The position numbers and the translations under genes are program-made. 64,000 nucleotides of DNA from Ignavibacteriota bacterium (GTDB lineage: Bacteria > Bacteroidota > Ignavibacteria > Ignavibacteriales > Melioribacteraceae), in NCBI GenBank assembly GCA_016716225.1, contig JADJWT010000001.1, forward strand, positions 1,657,726 to 1,721,725. The letters run 5' to 3'. Shown in pieces: positions 62,911 through 64,000 of this stretch (within the stretch, counting starts at the first letter, position 1; every line of letters starts with the position of its first letter). Under the pieces are notes generated by a model. The model worked only from the letters and a program-made list of their open reading frames with translations, ran no database searches and was not told the DNA's origin.

Positions 62911-64000
62911 ATGTACACATTTAAAAAAGTTTTGATGGTAATATTTTTTATTACAATTTCTGCAATAGAAATTTTTGCAATTCCAGCTTTTGCAAGAAAA
63001 TATAAATTAAGCTGCCAAACATGCCACTCTCCAATGCCAAGTTTAAAACCATACGGTGATGATTTTGCCGGAAACGGATTCAGATTTCCGGAAATGCAAT
63101 CAACAAGATATTTTGTTGAGACCGGTGATGATGAACTTTCGCTTATAAGAGATTTTCCAATTGCAGTTAGATTGGATCTTCATATGAGTCTAAAAACCGA
63201 TGAGCAAAATCGTGGATTGGATTTGCAGTCGCCATATTTAGTTAAACTTTTATCCGGCGGAGAATTATCAAGTAAGTTATCATATTATTTTTATTTCTAT
63301 ATGAACGAACGTGGTAAAGTTGTTGGAGTTGAAGATGCTTATTTAATGTTTAATAATTTGCTTGATCAAGATTTTGATATTTATTTTGGACAATTTCAAA
63401 TTTCAGATCCACTCTTTAAAAGAGAGTTAAGACTAACTTTGGAAGACTATCAAGTTTACAAAATGCATGTTGAAAACGGTTCAACAAATTTAGCTTATGA
63501 TAGAGGAATTATGTTAACATACGGACTTGAATCCGGAACAGATATTATTTTTGAAATATTAAATGGTAACGGAATAGATGAGGCTGATGCAATTAAAAAC
63601 TTTGATAAAGATAAATATAAAAATTATTTTCTAAGAGTTTCTCAAGATGTTGGCGAATATTTGAGAATTGGAGGATTTGGATATTTAGCAAAAGAGGAAT
63701 TAGATAATATTTCTGAAATAAATGATAATGTAACAATGTTTGGTCCCGATTTAACTTTGGGAAATGATAAAATTGAATTTAATCTTCAATATATGTGGAG
63801 AAAAGATTCTAAAGCAATTCATACTTTTATAAATGAAAATGTAAAAACTCATGGCGGTTTGGCAGAAATAATTTATAAACCAAAAGGCGATGAAAGTAAA
63901 TGGTATGCAGTTGGTTTATTTAATTTTATAAATTCTGATTTGGATTATTTGGATTACAAAACTTTAGCGTTGCATGCTGGATATTTATATAGAAGAAATA
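62911..64000 (+). CDS. partial ORF (runs off the window): signal peptide, single CxxCH haem motif and a long beta-rich outer-membrane-like region
   Basis: It is absent from the track because there is no stop within the window. My manual translation from the ATG at 62911 (AAGGAG RBS) is open to 64000: MYTFKKVLMVIFFITISAIEIFAIPAFARKYKLSCQTCHSPMPSLKPYGDDFAGNGF... Confidence 0.6.
   Translation, partial: MYTFKKVLMVIFFITISAIEIFAIPAFARKYKLSCQTCHSPMPSLKPYGDDFAGNGFRFPEMQSTRYFVETGDDELSLIRDFPIAVRLDLHMSLKTDEQNRGLDLQSPYLVKLLSGGELSSKLSYYFYFYMNERGKVVGVEDAYLMFNNLLDQDFDIYFGQFQISDPLFKRELRLTLEDYQVYKMHVENGSTNLAYDRGIMLTYGLESGTDIIFEILNGNGIDEADAIKNFDKDKYKNYFLRVSQDVGEYLRIGGFGYLAKEELDNISEINDNVTMFGPDLTLGNDKIEFNLQYMWRKDSKAIHTFINENVKTHGGLAEIIYKPKGDESKWYAVGLFNFINSDLDYLDYKTLALHAGYLYRRN

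Noticed and set aside
1-64000. Search for CRISPR arrays, rRNA/tRNA genes, transposases, integrases, phage genes and long direct repeats.
   Set aside because: I noticed no regularly spaced repeats, no structured GC-rich RNA-gene-like segments and no ORFs with DDE/tyrosine-recombinase-type motifs. The apparent duplications (HDOD pair, S46 pair, motAB pairs) are diverged paralogues rather than repeats.

Overview
This is an AT-rich bacterial chromosomal window. All homology calls were made by eye from the supplied translations, with no searches run. Positions 1-31 kb hold one large, almost entirely co-directional flagellar/motility supercluster: flgD, flgE, fliLMNOPQR, flhBAFG, fliA, flgFGAHIJ, flgN/K/L, motAB, fliW-csrA and a second motAB. 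Signalling genes are interspersed, including tandem HDOD proteins, a degenerate histidine-kinase-like protein, two response regulators and a PAS histidine kinase. The proximal gene order resembles Firmicute/spirochaete fla operons, but L/P-ring genes are present, so the cell is diderm. Type IX secretion C-terminal sorting domains further on point to an FCB-group, Ignavibacteria-like organism; this is inference. Positions 34-49.5 kb form a peptide-catabolism neighbourhood containing a TPPII-like S8 subtilase, an OPT transporter, two S46 dipeptidyl-peptidase paralogues, a class V aminotransferase, an aldehyde dehydrogenase and a phosphomannomutase. Positions 49.8-55 kb hold the most unusual locus. 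A Ser/Thr kinase with TPR repeats is followed after 18 nt by a 100-aa ORF that looks like a RiPP precursor, with an NHLP/Nif11-like leader, a Gly-Ala junction and a Pro/Trp-rich tail. Next come a 315-aa protein with two DDxxD motifs (polyprenyl-synthase/ComQ-like fold) and a GAF-containing sigma-54 enhancer-binding protein. Downstream are a HEAT-repeat protein and a gingipain-like C25 peptidase carrying a T9SS sorting domain; the peptidase is split over three reading frames. The window ends with feoAB, divergent from a multihaem cytochrome c gene, and a partial haem-motif outer-membrane-like ORF that runs off the end. I saw no tRNA/rRNA genes, CRISPR arrays, transposases or integrases.
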